From a virus (taxonomy: Duplodnaviria; Caudoviricetes): a stretch of 64,000 nucleotides of DNA. Below the pieces are notes generated by a model. That model had not been told where the DNA came from, did not search any database, and saw nothing but the letters and a program-made list of their open reading frames with translations. Within the stretch, counting starts at the first letter, position 1. Each line of letters opens with the position of its first letter. The stretch lies in the IMG/VR virus record IMGVR_UViG_3300010348_001841, one strand, 5' to 3'. The position numbers and the translations under genes are program-made. Positions 28,040-38,089 of the stretch are shown here, in pieces.

Positions 28040-30730
28040 ATGGCTAACGATAAATCATTTATGAAGCCCGGCGGAGCAAGAAGGGGCGGAAGTGCTACTG
28101 AGCAACGCCTCAGTGCAAGAGTGGCCACAAGCGATGGCGCACCCAATGCGGCAGGATACGGCAGAGGATCCTATGTCGGATATAAGCCGCCGCAGGATAG
28201 CAACGAAACTAACGTTTACTCACACGAGGGTAAAAATTACAAAGACAATCCAGTAGAAGATACAGAAAAAATCATTATTGATTTCCAGCCTAATATTCTT
28301 GATCACTTTGATGCTGTAACATATCATTGGAAACTTTTTATTGTTTCGCCCGCAGCAGCATCAACAGGTGCTATTTTTACCAATACTAATCAAATTGTAA
28401 TTGCTGAAAGCGGTGTATCGGACCTGACCATCGATAAAGTAGAGATGAGGGGTGTGGCAGTACCATCGCTTGAAGCTGGCACTGGAACCCAGACAACATT
28501 CAAGTTTGAAATTGTTGAACCATCCGGCGCAGGCCTTATGGATAAAATTTTCTATGAGTCAGTCTCATTAGGAATTGGAAACTGGCTCGTAATGCCTTTG
28601 TATTTACAATTAGAATTTAGGGCAAGAACTCCGGACACATCGAATGCTGTAACAGATGGCGCACCTAGTGCCATAAGTGGAAAAAGATGGCTTTGGCCAA
28701 TAAAGATGACTGGCACAAAGGCCAACGTTACAACAGTCGGTACACGATATGAATTCGAAGCAGTATCCTACAACGAATACGGCCAGAGTAATACTAACTT
28801 CTCAATTCAACATAACGTTACTTTAACAAGAATTGACACCTTTGGTAATGCCATGGAGGAGCTACAGAAAAAGCTTAACCAAGATCAATACCTAAAGCTC
28901 ATCGATAACTACAGTATTCCTAACCAATATCGAATTGTTGTTGACCCTAGCCTACAGAACGAACCCATCACCCCTGTCAATAACAAACAAAACTCTATTC
29001 GTAGTAATTCATTTAGCACCTTTAGTGAAAAGTCGGCTACATTTAATAGTAGTACAGGTATAGATAAAATTATCGATACCCTTCTTGCGACAACAAAAAA
29101 GTATCAAGAAGAACTCCTTGGCGCAAGCACACCCGGTGCGGAAGGATTGCCATTGAATGCCGAAACTAGTCAGATGAAAAAGTTTTGGAGAATTGTTACT
29201 GAAACTCGACCTATTGGGTACGATAAAAGACGCGAAGATAATGCTATTGAAATTATTATCTATGTTATTCCGTATAACATTGGAATTCTTGATTCTAATA
29301 CATTTCAAAATGCCCAGCCACCGTTTACTGACGTTGCAAGCCTTAGGCGTTTCAAGACATATGTTAAAAATAACATTCTAAAGAAGAAATATAATTATAT
29401 CTTTACTGGCCTAAATGATCAGATTATTTCCTTTGATCTAAATTTGAATTTCGCATTTGCATCAGCAGTATCGAGATACGGTGGTATTTACTTAAACTCG
29501 GCAACAGCTGACAAAGGTGTCGTTACTCAAGATAACTCTGAAACAGAAAGACAAATTACTGAAAAGCTAAGAAAAGCCCTATCGTTTATTTTTGATCCAC
29601 AGTCAACATCTTTCAGGACTGGTGAAAAAGCAATTGCTGATGCACAAGAGGCAATTAATAATTCAGATCTGTCACCTGAATTGAAAAATAGATATACTCA
29701 AATTTTAACTCATGCAAAGGCGCCGGACAAATTAGTTAATGCAACAGTTCAGGCAAATAAGCAGAGCAATGACGGGACCCTATCGGGATATTCAAAGCTT
29801 GCTAATTCCTTGGCCCAACCCCTAGGCGACAATATCCCGGCATTTGTATCAGATGTAAATCTAACATCGGCTGCAACCGCCGATGCATATAATGAATTCT
29901 TAGAAAATACAAAAACAAAAATCAGACCCATCGCACACCTTGAACAAGTTCATGAAAAGTCGGTAGGTCAAGGCATTGAGGCAAATAGTAATTCTGGAAT
30001 TTCAAAACTTGCTACCATGTTCTCAGTCGCCCTGCACTCGTCGCTTGATGCTAACCTGCAATCCATTAAGATGCAGATTAAGGGTGATCCTTTTTGGATT
30101 TTCCCGGGCCTTGTTGATAATACAAAAAATTCTATCTATATTTCCTCTTCGTTGTCTGACAGCGAGGCGTTAGATTATCTAAAGAACTATCATAATTTAG
30201 TACCAGACAGTGCTAATTATTATGGCACAGACAATTTCATGGTATTAAGATTTAGGACACCGAGAATCTATAATCTTGAAACAAATGACGGAAATCTTGA
30301 TCCCTATACACAGGTAGAAACATTTAGTGGTGTCTACAAGGTTGTAATGGTAAACAGCAGATTTGAAATGGGCAAATTTGTTCAGGAACTTGAATGTATT
30401 CTTGACCCTGTTATTAATATTTCCGATATATCGAGGTATATTGAGGAAGAAGCAAAGAATCCACAAATTATTACAATTGAAAAGAATAGCACAGGGCTAG
30501 TGCCTATTACCTCAGAGAAAACTGATAGATTATCAGTAAAATTACCAAGTCCTCCGGGCATCGTAAATACAATCAGAGACCAGGCAGGAAAAGCAGTCGA
30601 ACTAGGTAAGGCAGCAATAGGTAGTGCTGATAGGGCATTATCGAATATTCCCGCGCCTTCAAGTTTATCACCAGACGAAATTATTCTCAGGAGAAAAGCC
30701 GAGTTTACTAAGTCAAGGACATCTTCATGA
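28040..30730 (+). CDS. Baseplate hub protein (gp27-like)
   Basis: Between gp53 and gp5; KKYNYIFTGLN, MQIKGDPFW, SGVYKV..V.SRF..GKF.QEL. Confidence 0.6.
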   Translation: MANDKSFMKPGGARRGGSATEQRLSARVATSDGAPNAAGYGRGSYVGYKPPQDSNETNVYSHEGKNYKDNPVEDTEKIIIDFQPNILDHFDAVTYHWKLFIVSPAAASTGAIFTNTNQIVIAESGVSDLTIDKVEMRGVAVPSLEAGTGTQTTFKFEIVEPSGAGLMDKIFYESVSLGIGNWLVMPLYLQLEFRARTPDTSNAVTDGAPSAISGKRWLWPIKMTGTKANVTTVGTRYEFEAVSYNEYGQSNTNFSIQHNVTLTRIDTFGNAMEELQKKLNQDQYLKLIDNYSIPNQYRIVVDPSLQNEPITPVNNKQNSIRSNSFSTFSEKSATFNSSTGIDKIIDTLLATTKKYQEELLGASTPGAEGLPLNAETSQMKKFWRIVTETRPIGYDKRREDNAIEIIIYVIPYNIGILDSNTFQNAQPPFTDVASLRRFKTYVKNNILKKKYNYIFTGLNDQIISFDLNLNFAFASAVSRYGGIYLNSATADKGVVTQDNSETERQITEKLRKALSFIFDPQSTSFRTGEKAIADAQEAINNSDLSPELKNRYTQILTHAKAPDKLVNATVQANKQSNDGTLSGYSKLANSLAQPLGDNIPAFVSDVNLTSAATADAYNEFLENTKTKIRPIAHLEQVHEKSVGQGIEANSNSGISKLATMFSVALHSSLDANLQSIKMQIKGDPFWIFPGLVDNTKNSIYISSSLSDSEALDYLKNYHNLVPDSANYYGTDNFMVLRFRTPRIYNLETNDGNLDPYTQVETFSGVYKVVMVNSRFEMGKFVQELECILDPVINISDISRYIEEEAKNPQIITIEKNSTGLVPITSEKTDRLSVKLPSPPGIVNTIRDQAGKAVELGKAAIGSADRALSNIPAPSSLSPDEIILRRKAEFTKSRTSS

Positions 30731-33027
30731 CATATTTGAATTCTAATTCGCGTACCGTTTCGACGCCGTTAAATGAGAAATTGCAACCAATTGGCCGCAA
30801 TCCTTCTCTACATGGTGTTTTTCTTGGTTATGTGAAGAAGGCAGATGATATTCAAACTATGGGAAGACTTATGGTCTGGATTCCAGAATTTGGATCTGCG
30901 CCAGAGGAAGAAGCCGGTTGGATTACCGTAAACTATTGCTCACCTTTTGCAGGCGCAACAAACGTCGAAACAATTAGTAAATCCGAAATTCAGAAGTTCG
31001 AGGGTACACAAACCTCTTATGGAATGTGGATGGTACCACCGGATATAAACAACCAAGTCCTGGTAATGTTCATCAACGGCGATCCTGCGCGCGGAGTGTG
31101 GATTGGATCATTGTTTAACCAGTTTATGAATAACATGGTACCTGGAATGGCCGCAAGTACCAATAACTATCAGTACCAAGGAAAATATATACCTGTTGCT
31201 GAATACAATAAATGGGACACCAGGGTAACACTACCCGACCAGGCTACAAAGCCATATCAGGCAACAAAATTTAAAGGTCTCGGGAATCAGGGACTAATTA
31301 CAGATCCTAACAGAGGTGTGACAGATTCAAGTGCTAGAAGAGAAGCACCTAGCCAGGTCTATGGAATTATTACACCGGGTCCACCAATTGTTAATGATGT
31401 TGATGCAAATAAGGTGCGCAGAAAAGGTGGCTCGTCATTCATCATGGATGATGCTGTGGGAAGTGAATATATTCAATTAGCTACCAAGTCGGGCGCACAG
31501 ATTAACATAAATGAAACTTCGGGGTTCATATATCTAATAAACCGTGACGGTACAGCATGGGTTGAAATGGATAAGAAGGGCAACGTGAATATCTTTGGTG
31601 CAACCAACGTATCAATGCGTGCGCAGAGAGATATTAACCTTAGGGCTGACAGAAATATTAATATCGAAGCCGGTCAGAATATCTACATGAAGGCAGCTAA
31701 AGATACAATTGAGTCTACAACCACTTTCACATATGATGTAAATAATGTTCCGCAAAATTCAACAATTCCCTATTGGAAATATGTTGGCGAAGGCGCCGGA
31801 GAAGGCGGAAATATTGTACTCCAATCACTAAACAATTTACATACCACTGCACAAAAGAATATGTACCTAACAGTCAAGGAAAATAATCTTGAATTAAATG
31901 TTAAGGGGACCATTGATATAAGTGCAGAAGGTGAATATAATCTAACCGCACCATCAATTAAGAATGTCGGCTCTGTTAAGATTAGGGGCCCATTAGATGT
32001 AACCTCAGCGGTGCAATTTGGTAATTCCTTAAATGTCAGAAATGATATTCACGGAGCAAACGGTAGCTTCTCTGGTCAGGTTAGCGGATCAAATGCAAGC
32101 TTTGCCGGAAGTGTCTTTGGATTTTTCCAAGGAGTTCAAAGTGGTAATGGTGCAGGTGTTACTGGTCCGGCCGGAACCAACGGTCCTGCAATTAGCATTC
32201 CTGTTGCACCAGATGTAATAAAGGCAGAAATTAAGCCAATGCTCAACAAGATGAATATATTGGCAACTTGGGCTGATCCAGAATCAAAATTCAAAAGAAA
32301 TTCTGAATCGGTTGAAACAACTGTTACAACATTCCCTACATATGAACCTTGTCCAGAACATGAGGCATTTACCTACAAGAGTATCTCTGGATATGTGCCT
32401 AAGCAAAACGAAGGCGATAAGACCTACGAAGGTTCGGGCGGTGCAGGCAATGAACAAAAGACAACACCTCCCACAAATACTACACCGGGTGCAAATAATA
32501 CAGAAATAAAACAAGAGCCACCATCGGCAAGCATTGTTACGAAAGATTTCAATATGAATGCCTATGAATGCCAATTAAAAATTCACGAAGGTGTAAAATA
32601 TGTGTCATACCTTGACAGTCTCGGATTGCCGACAGGCGGTATCGGTCACCTGTTAAGAGCAAATGAAATTACTCAGTATCCTGTCCCCACACCAATTTCC
32701 GTAGAAACTGTATCAACATGGTTCAAGGAAGATGCACAGACATCCATTAAGGCTGCACAGGTATTGCTAGGAATAGATGTCTGGGGAGATTTGAGCGATG
32801 TCAGAAAAAGAGCCGTTGCCGATCTCGCATATAATTTAGGACAAGGAAGACTTGCTAAGTTTGTGCGTTTCCTTGCTGCCATGAAGGCAGGGGATTACAA
32901 TGCGGCTGGAGAATCTTTAAGAAATTCAAAATGGTTCACCCAGGTAGCAAGGCGCGGTCCTAATATCATCACCATGGTTGTACAGAATGTCGACCCGTTA
33001 GGATGCGATAAGAAATTCCCAGCATAA
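30727..33027 (+). CDS. gp5: Baseplate spike/hub with C-terminal T4-type lysozyme (gp5-like)
   Basis: OB fold GRLMVWIP..SYGMWMVPPD..VLVMF; beta-helix repeats; C-terminal HEG..YLDSLGLPTGGIGHL..LAYNLG..SKWFTQV..RG. Confidence 0.9.
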   Translation: MTYLNSNSRTVSTPLNEKLQPIGRNPSLHGVFLGYVKKADDIQTMGRLMVWIPEFGSAPEEEAGWITVNYCSPFAGATNVETISKSEIQKFEGTQTSYGMWMVPPDINNQVLVMFINGDPARGVWIGSLFNQFMNNMVPGMAASTNNYQYQGKYIPVAEYNKWDTRVTLPDQATKPYQATKFKGLGNQGLITDPNRGVTDSSARREAPSQVYGIITPGPPIVNDVDANKVRRKGGSSFIMDDAVGSEYIQLATKSGAQININETSGFIYLINRDGTAWVEMDKKGNVNIFGATNVSMRAQRDINLRADRNINIEAGQNIYMKAAKDTIESTTTFTYDVNNVPQNSTIPYWKYVGEGAGEGGNIVLQSLNNLHTTAQKNMYLTVKENNLELNVKGTIDISAEGEYNLTAPSIKNVGSVKIRGPLDVTSAVQFGNSLNVRNDIHGANGSFSGQVSGSNASFAGSVFGFFQGVQSGNGAGVTGPAGTNGPAISIPVAPDVIKAEIKPMLNKMNILATWADPESKFKRNSESVETTVTTFPTYEPCPEHEAFTYKSISGYVPKQNEGDKTYEGSGGAGNEQKTTPPTNTTPGANNTEIKQEPPSASIVTKDFNMNAYECQLKIHEGVKYVSYLDSLGLPTGGIGHLLRANEITQYPVPTPISVETVSTWFKEDAQTSIKAAQVLLGIDVWGDLSDVRKRAVADLAYNLGQGRLAKFVRFLAAMKAGDYNAAGESLRNSKWFTQVARRGPNIITMVVQNVDPLGCDKKFPA

Positions 33028-33071
33028 AAGTCCTATATAATTTTCTTGATAAATAACAAAAAGGGAATTAT

Positions 33072-33491
33072 ATGGCAACAAATCAAAATGGTCTTGTTAA
33101 ACAGGCTTTAAAACCAAGGAAGCCCTATTTTGTTGGATTCAATACAGTAGGGCAGCCTAATCCGCCTTATTCTCTTACCAATATTGAACTGGTAAAGAGG
33201 GATATCAATAACCATTTTGCAACACCGATAGGTTCTAGAGTAATGCTACCAACATTCGGTACAAATATCTACAACTATCTCTTTGATCCGTTTGACGAAT
33301 ATACAAAGAATGCCATTGTTGAAGATGCTGTAAGAGTAATTCAGTCTGAGCCGCGAGTAGAATTGGTAACTATTGATGTATTTCAAGAAGATCAGGCATT
33401 AACCGTTGCAATGGTGCTATTGTTTAAGCCCGAATCAGTTACAGATAATCTATTTGTTACATTTTCATTGAAGGATCGTGAGACTTTCTAA
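33072..33491 (+). CDS. gp25: Baseplate wedge/sheath initiator (gp25-like)
   Basis: LVKRDI.NHF.T..GSRVM.PTFGT.I..YLFDP..EPRV. Late promoter at 33048-33055. Confidence 0.92.
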   Translation: MATNQNGLVKQALKPRKPYFVGFNTVGQPNPPYSLTNIELVKRDINNHFATPIGSRVMLPTFGTNIYNYLFDPFDEYTKNAIVEDAVRVIQSEPRVELVTIDVFQEDQALTVAMVLLFKPESVTDNLFVTFSLKDRETF

Positions 33492-33493
33492 AT

Positions 33494-34078
33494 ATGACAT
33501 TTTATGCATACATTTACTACGATCCCTCTCGAAATAATGAACCCATATATGTGGGTAAGGGAAAAAATAATAGAGCTTGGAAACATTTGAAATCAAAGAA
33601 AAAGCATCCATTTATACAGAGATTACAATCGATGTCAAAGGAAAATGTAGAGCCTATAATAGGACTTTATTCTGGGCTTGATGAAGAAATGGCGTTATTA
33701 CTTGAGCAAGAACTTATTTCTAAAATTGGAAGAAAAGATTTAGGTAAAGGGCCATTACTGAATCTTACCGATGGCGGTGAGCAAGGTGCAAATAAGTCTT
33801 TAGAGACAAGAAGAAAAATGTCTAAAAATAATTTAGGAAAAGTCTTATCTCAGGCAACAAAAGATAAAATGAGTATTTCAAGGAAAGGGCACAAAACATC
33901 TTTAGAAACAAGAAAAAAAATTTCTATCGCCCAAAAAGGATGTATAGGTCACATGACTGGGAAAACTCAGACAGAGGAAACTAAACTAAAAATATCAATT
34001 GCCCAAAAAGGTAAACCGCGAGGAAAACGTTTCTATAAAGAGGACGGTTCGTGGATTATGATAAAGGCAGGAGTCTAA
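33494..34078 (+). mobile_element. Free-standing GIY-YIG-type homing endonuclease with NUMOD3-like repeats
   Basis: YAYIYYDP..PIYVGKG..RA..H, E..LI..IGR...GPLLNLTDGG; repeated SLETRRKMS units. Inserted between gp25 and gp6. Confidence 0.85.
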
Positions 34079-34079
34079 A

Positions 34080-37000
34080 ATGTCAGAATCAATCCGCCAA
34101 TCAAATTTATTTGCTGCTGAAGATTACAAGAAAGTCTTCAAAGCTTTCCAGTTTATTGATTACACTGCCTACGATTTCGATACACTGAAGCAGGCAATGA
34201 TCAATTATATTCAAACATATTATCCAGAAGATTTCAACGACTATATTGAAAGTTCGGAATTTATTGCAATTATTGAATTACTTGCATATTTTGGTACAAG
34301 TCTTGCATTTAGAACAGATCTAAATAGTCGTGAAAACTTTATTGATACTGCGGAAAGGCGCGAAAGTATTATTCGTCTTGCGCAGATGGTAAACTATGTT
34401 CCTCGCAGAAATATTCCTGCAAGTGGGCTATTCAAGATTGCATCGGTACAAACAAATCAGCCACTAGTTGATGCTAATGGTGTAAACATCAACGACTTGA
34501 CAATTTTTTGGAATGATCCAAACAATCCCGATTGGTTCGATCAATTCATTCAAATTTGCAATGCAGCGTTCAGTCCGTTGAACCCCTTTGGACGCCCAAC
34601 AAAGAGCGGTACTATTGGATCAATACCGACAGATTTATATCAGTTGAATAATATTCTTCGACTAAATGTTACGTATCCAACATCCGTTACAATCAATGGA
34701 CAACAATATCCAATTGATATTTGTAATCCAGATTTCGTAACAAATCAAACTATCTTTGAAAGAGATCCCGATCCTGCAAATGCTTTCAATTTTGTTTATA
34801 GAAACGATAGCCTTGGTGTAGGATCTTCGAATACAGGCTTTTTCTTGTATTTCAAACAAGGTTCATTGATCAATGTTGATACAAATTTTGAATTTCCTGT
34901 GCCTAACAGACTCTTCCCTGTAACAATTCAAAACATAAACCAGGACGATGTTTATGTTCAAGAAACTGACCAGTCAGGTAATGTTATCACAAAATGGAAA
35001 AAAGTACCTGCACTAGCCGGTGAAAATATTATCTATAATAGTATTCAGTTTGGTGAAAGAAACATTTTTGATGTAATTTCCGGAGCCAATGACACTATTA
35101 CAATTCGATTTGCGGATGGTAATTTCGGCAATGTACCAACAGGACTTTTCAGAACATGGATGAGAACAAGTGCAAATCAAGCACTTGTAATTAGACCCGA
35201 TAATGCCCAAGGCCTGCAAATCAATATTCCATATATCGGTGCAGATCAGCAAGAGTATACACTAAGAATTACATTCAATCTCGAAACTACTATCGGCAAT
35301 GCGGCCGCTAGCGAGACAAATGAGCAAATAAAGCTAAGAGCGCCTGAAGTATTTTCAACTCAGTCAAGAATGGTAAATGGTAGCGACTATAATGTTCTAC
35401 CACTAGTCTACGGAAACCAAATTGCTAAGATACAAGCAATTGACAGAACATACAGCGGACAGAGTCGTTACATCGATCTAAACGATCCGACAGGATTTCA
35501 CAGAGATCTTATTATATTCGGAGAAGACGGTGCCTTGTATAGAGACAACCAAAATGTCCTTGAGGAAGTAATAAAAGATTCTTCCAATTCGTCTACAATT
35601 GAAACAATTCTTATAAACACTATTCAGGAGATGTTGAGGAATCCCAACGTTTCTTCATTCTTCTACGACGAATACCTTGCACAGTTTGAACAAACAATTA
35701 GAGTAAATCCAACTATATCTGCACCTAATGGATATTCTTTACTTGACCTAAATAATCCGTCAACTCTTCCGTTGTTCTGGAAAACAAGTCCTGCAAAGTT
35801 CAAGAACGATACAGGTTATTTTATCAACACAAAGAGTTCTGCAGCACCAGCAGTTGCACTTGAAAATTCATTTACGACAAATAATATACCACTTGGTACA
35901 TATGAGCCATGGGGTTTCATTACTACCGGTTCCGTGCTACAACTTGCAAATTCCACACTAGTAGGACCAAATTGGGTATTTGATCCTGCAACTCTAAACA
36001 GTGCCTCAGTCAATAGTGTCATTCAGGCTGGTTTACCACTAATTGTAAACCCGCAGAATCCTAGTGCAAACGTGGGCCCTGTCGAATTAGGAAAAGAAGA
36101 ACAGAACTATTATCAGGCAATTAAGGTATTCCCTGCATTCAGGAATGATCTGACAACCACTGAAATTTCTAATATAGTGGCGGCTATTAACGCTGGTATT
36201 TCTTTCTGGCTGTATTATGATTTATTGACAGACTCTTGGGGAGTATCTACAACCGCAACACCTGGAATTTCAGATCAATCTCAGCAGCCGTTCCAGTATG
36301 CACCGCCAATTAATGTTTCACCTGGACTAGATCAAATTTATTCAAATTGGGCACAATATCCTGCAAGTGGACTTCTATATGTGAATATTGCAAGTGATAA
36401 CCAGCTAGGTACCACCACATATGATTTAACAGCCAGAGGTCGTGTCTATGTATTCGAATCATATCGAGATGTTAGATTCTATTGGGAACCTAATCAGGTA
36501 GTGATTGATAACACCACCGGATTAGCATTGCAAGATACTGTTGAAATTATGCCATTTGTCAACACAAATGAAAGCATTGATAATAATTTGCCTGTGATTG
36601 TTGATCCAAGCACTTCATTCCTCAGAGTACCGGTGGATTTCAATATCACTGGTGTATTTGTTCAAGATGATGGCTATCTCGATAACTCAAAGGTAGAAGT
36701 ATCACTGGTTGACATCGACGGTGACGGTGTGCCAGATGATCCCGACGGATTTGATAAAATTGTGACACCAGAGGATAGAATTGTTTTTGAATTCTATAAC
36801 AACGAGGTTGTCGGTTATCAGAGTACAAGACCATGGATTTGTCGTTGGGGCACATTGCTATCTAACCTGTCTGGTAATTTGTATGTTTATTTCCCTGTAG
36901 ATCCATTGGACAATACAAAACTCTACAGCTCACCTTACATATCAAATACAATTGTTTCCGATCCTTTAGACCCAAGTTCTACTGTTGGTGCAATTTTTGA

Positions 37001-38024
37001 ATATCTTGATGAATTTGATTTAATCTTCATCAACAATCTTGCACAGATTGAATTTGATGCAATTAATCCGGTAATTTCTATCTCTAATCAAGTTACTGCA
37101 TTTTTCAATAATATCAATAACACGACCAATACTGCATTGGGTGCGACATATCCTTGGCTGCAAGGTACACAATTTGTGAATGATAAGATTGATATAGTCA
37201 ATAACTATTTTGCCAATAAGTCTTTCTTAATTTCATCAATTAGTCCTCCGGGATTTGGTGTTTATAATATTCTTGAATTCCAGCCAACATCTAACCTCGG
37301 TGATTATCCTGCCGCTCAACTTATTGTTTCGGATCTAGACAAATATCACTTTGATAAAAATGGTAAGGTGTTTACTCAGAATACAACAATACCAGAAGGT
37401 GCTAGATTACCTCTATATTTCAAATGGAGTCATTATTCTCCAGTTGACCAGAGAGTTGACCCATCTCCTTCAAATATTATCGATATGATTGTTATCACCG
37501 ATAGCTATTATAGAGATATGGTAATTTGGAAAAATTCTAATGGAACAATTGCAACATTGCCTGCAGCACCTACAACTGAAGATCTAAGAATTCAGTTCCA
37601 GGATCTTGATCAATATAAGATGGTTAGTGATGCAATGATTTGGAATTCGGGTACATTTAAGATTCTCTTCGGATCGCAGGCTGAGCCAGAATTGCAGGCA
37701 ACCTTTAAGGTAGTAAAGGCTCCCTCGTCTAGCATCAGCGATAACGAAGTGAAGACAAAAGTTATTCAGGCAATCGATACCTATTTTGATATCAGAAACT
37801 GGGACTTTGGTGAGAAATTCTTCTATACTGAATTGGCGGCATTTATTCACCAGCAACTTTCACGAGTTATTAGCTCTGTGGTTATTGTACCTAATAATGC
37901 TGATTCGCAATTCGGTAATTTGTTCGAAATCGTCGCAGGGCCTACAGAATTGTTCCTGTCAACTGCTACAGTGAACAATGTGCAGATTGTTGCCAACCTA
38001 ACAGACCAAAATCTCCGAGTTTAA
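34080..38024 (+). CDS. gp6: Baseplate wedge protein (gp6-like)
   Basis: YDFDTLK..Y..DFNDY.ESSE, RENFIDTAERRES, FADGNFGNVP, ETNEQIK.RAP..FSTQ.RMV..DY. Confidence 0.9.
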   Translation: MSESIRQSNLFAAEDYKKVFKAFQFIDYTAYDFDTLKQAMINYIQTYYPEDFNDYIESSEFIAIIELLAYFGTSLAFRTDLNSRENFIDTAERRESIIRLAQMVNYVPRRNIPASGLFKIASVQTNQPLVDANGVNINDLTIFWNDPNNPDWFDQFIQICNAAFSPLNPFGRPTKSGTIGSIPTDLYQLNNILRLNVTYPTSVTINGQQYPIDICNPDFVTNQTIFERDPDPANAFNFVYRNDSLGVGSSNTGFFLYFKQGSLINVDTNFEFPVPNRLFPVTIQNINQDDVYVQETDQSGNVITKWKKVPALAGENIIYNSIQFGERNIFDVISGANDTITIRFADGNFGNVPTGLFRTWMRTSANQALVIRPDNAQGLQINIPYIGADQQEYTLRITFNLETTIGNAAASETNEQIKLRAPEVFSTQSRMVNGSDYNVLPLVYGNQIAKIQAIDRTYSGQSRYIDLNDPTGFHRDLIIFGEDGALYRDNQNVLEEVIKDSSNSSTIETILINTIQEMLRNPNVSSFFYDEYLAQFEQTIRVNPTISAPNGYSLLDLNNPSTLPLFWKTSPAKFKNDTGYFINTKSSAAPAVALENSFTTNNIPLGTYEPWGFITTGSVLQLANSTLVGPNWVFDPATLNSASVNSVIQAGLPLIVNPQNPSANVGPVELGKEEQNYYQAIKVFPAFRNDLTTTEISNIVAAINAGISFWLYYDLLTDSWGVSTTATPGISDQSQQPFQYAPPINVSPGLDQIYSNWAQYPASGLLYVNIASDNQLGTTTYDLTARGRVYVFESYRDVRFYWEPNQVVIDNTTGLALQDTVEIMPFVNTNESIDNNLPVIVDPSTSFLRVPVDFNITGVFVQDDGYLDNSKVEVSLVDIDGDGVPDDPDGFDKIVTPEDRIVFEFYNNEVVGYQSTRPWICRWGTLLSNLSGNLYVYFPVDPLDNTKLYSSPYISNTIVSDPLDPSSTVGAIFEYLDEFDLIFINNLAQIEFDAINPVISISNQVTAFFNNINNTTNTALGATYPWLQGTQFVNDKIDIVNNYFANKSFLISSISPPGFGVYNILEFQPTSNLGDYPAAQLIVSDLDKYHFDKNGKVFTQNTTIPEGARLPLYFKWSHYSPVDQRVDPSPSNIIDMIVITDSYYRDMVIWKNSNGTIATLPAAPTTEDLRIQFQDLDQYKMVSDAMIWNSGTFKILFGSQAEPELQATFKVVKAPSSSISDNEVKTKVIQAIDTYFDIRNWDFGEKFFYTELAAFIHQQLSRVISSVVIVPNNADSQFGNLFEIVAGPTELFLSTATVNNVQIVANLTDQNLRV

Positions 38025-38026
38025 GT

Positions 38027-38089
38027 ATGTAGATAATTTTCCGGATAAATAGTAGATTGTAAACAATTTACTATTCCGGAAATCTACAT
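38027..38089 (+). promoter_or_regulatory. Late promoter embedded in a start-codon-sequestering hairpin
   Basis: ATGTAGAT..TTCCGGA.ATAGTAGATTG-TAAA-CAATTTACTAT.TCCGGAA.ATCTACAT; GATAAATA at 38044-38051; ATG at 38088. Confidence 0.7.

Noticed and set aside
33494-34078. Homing endonucleases as intron- or intein-encoded
   Set aside because: The flanking gp25, gp6 and gp23 genes are intact and there is no space for an intron core.
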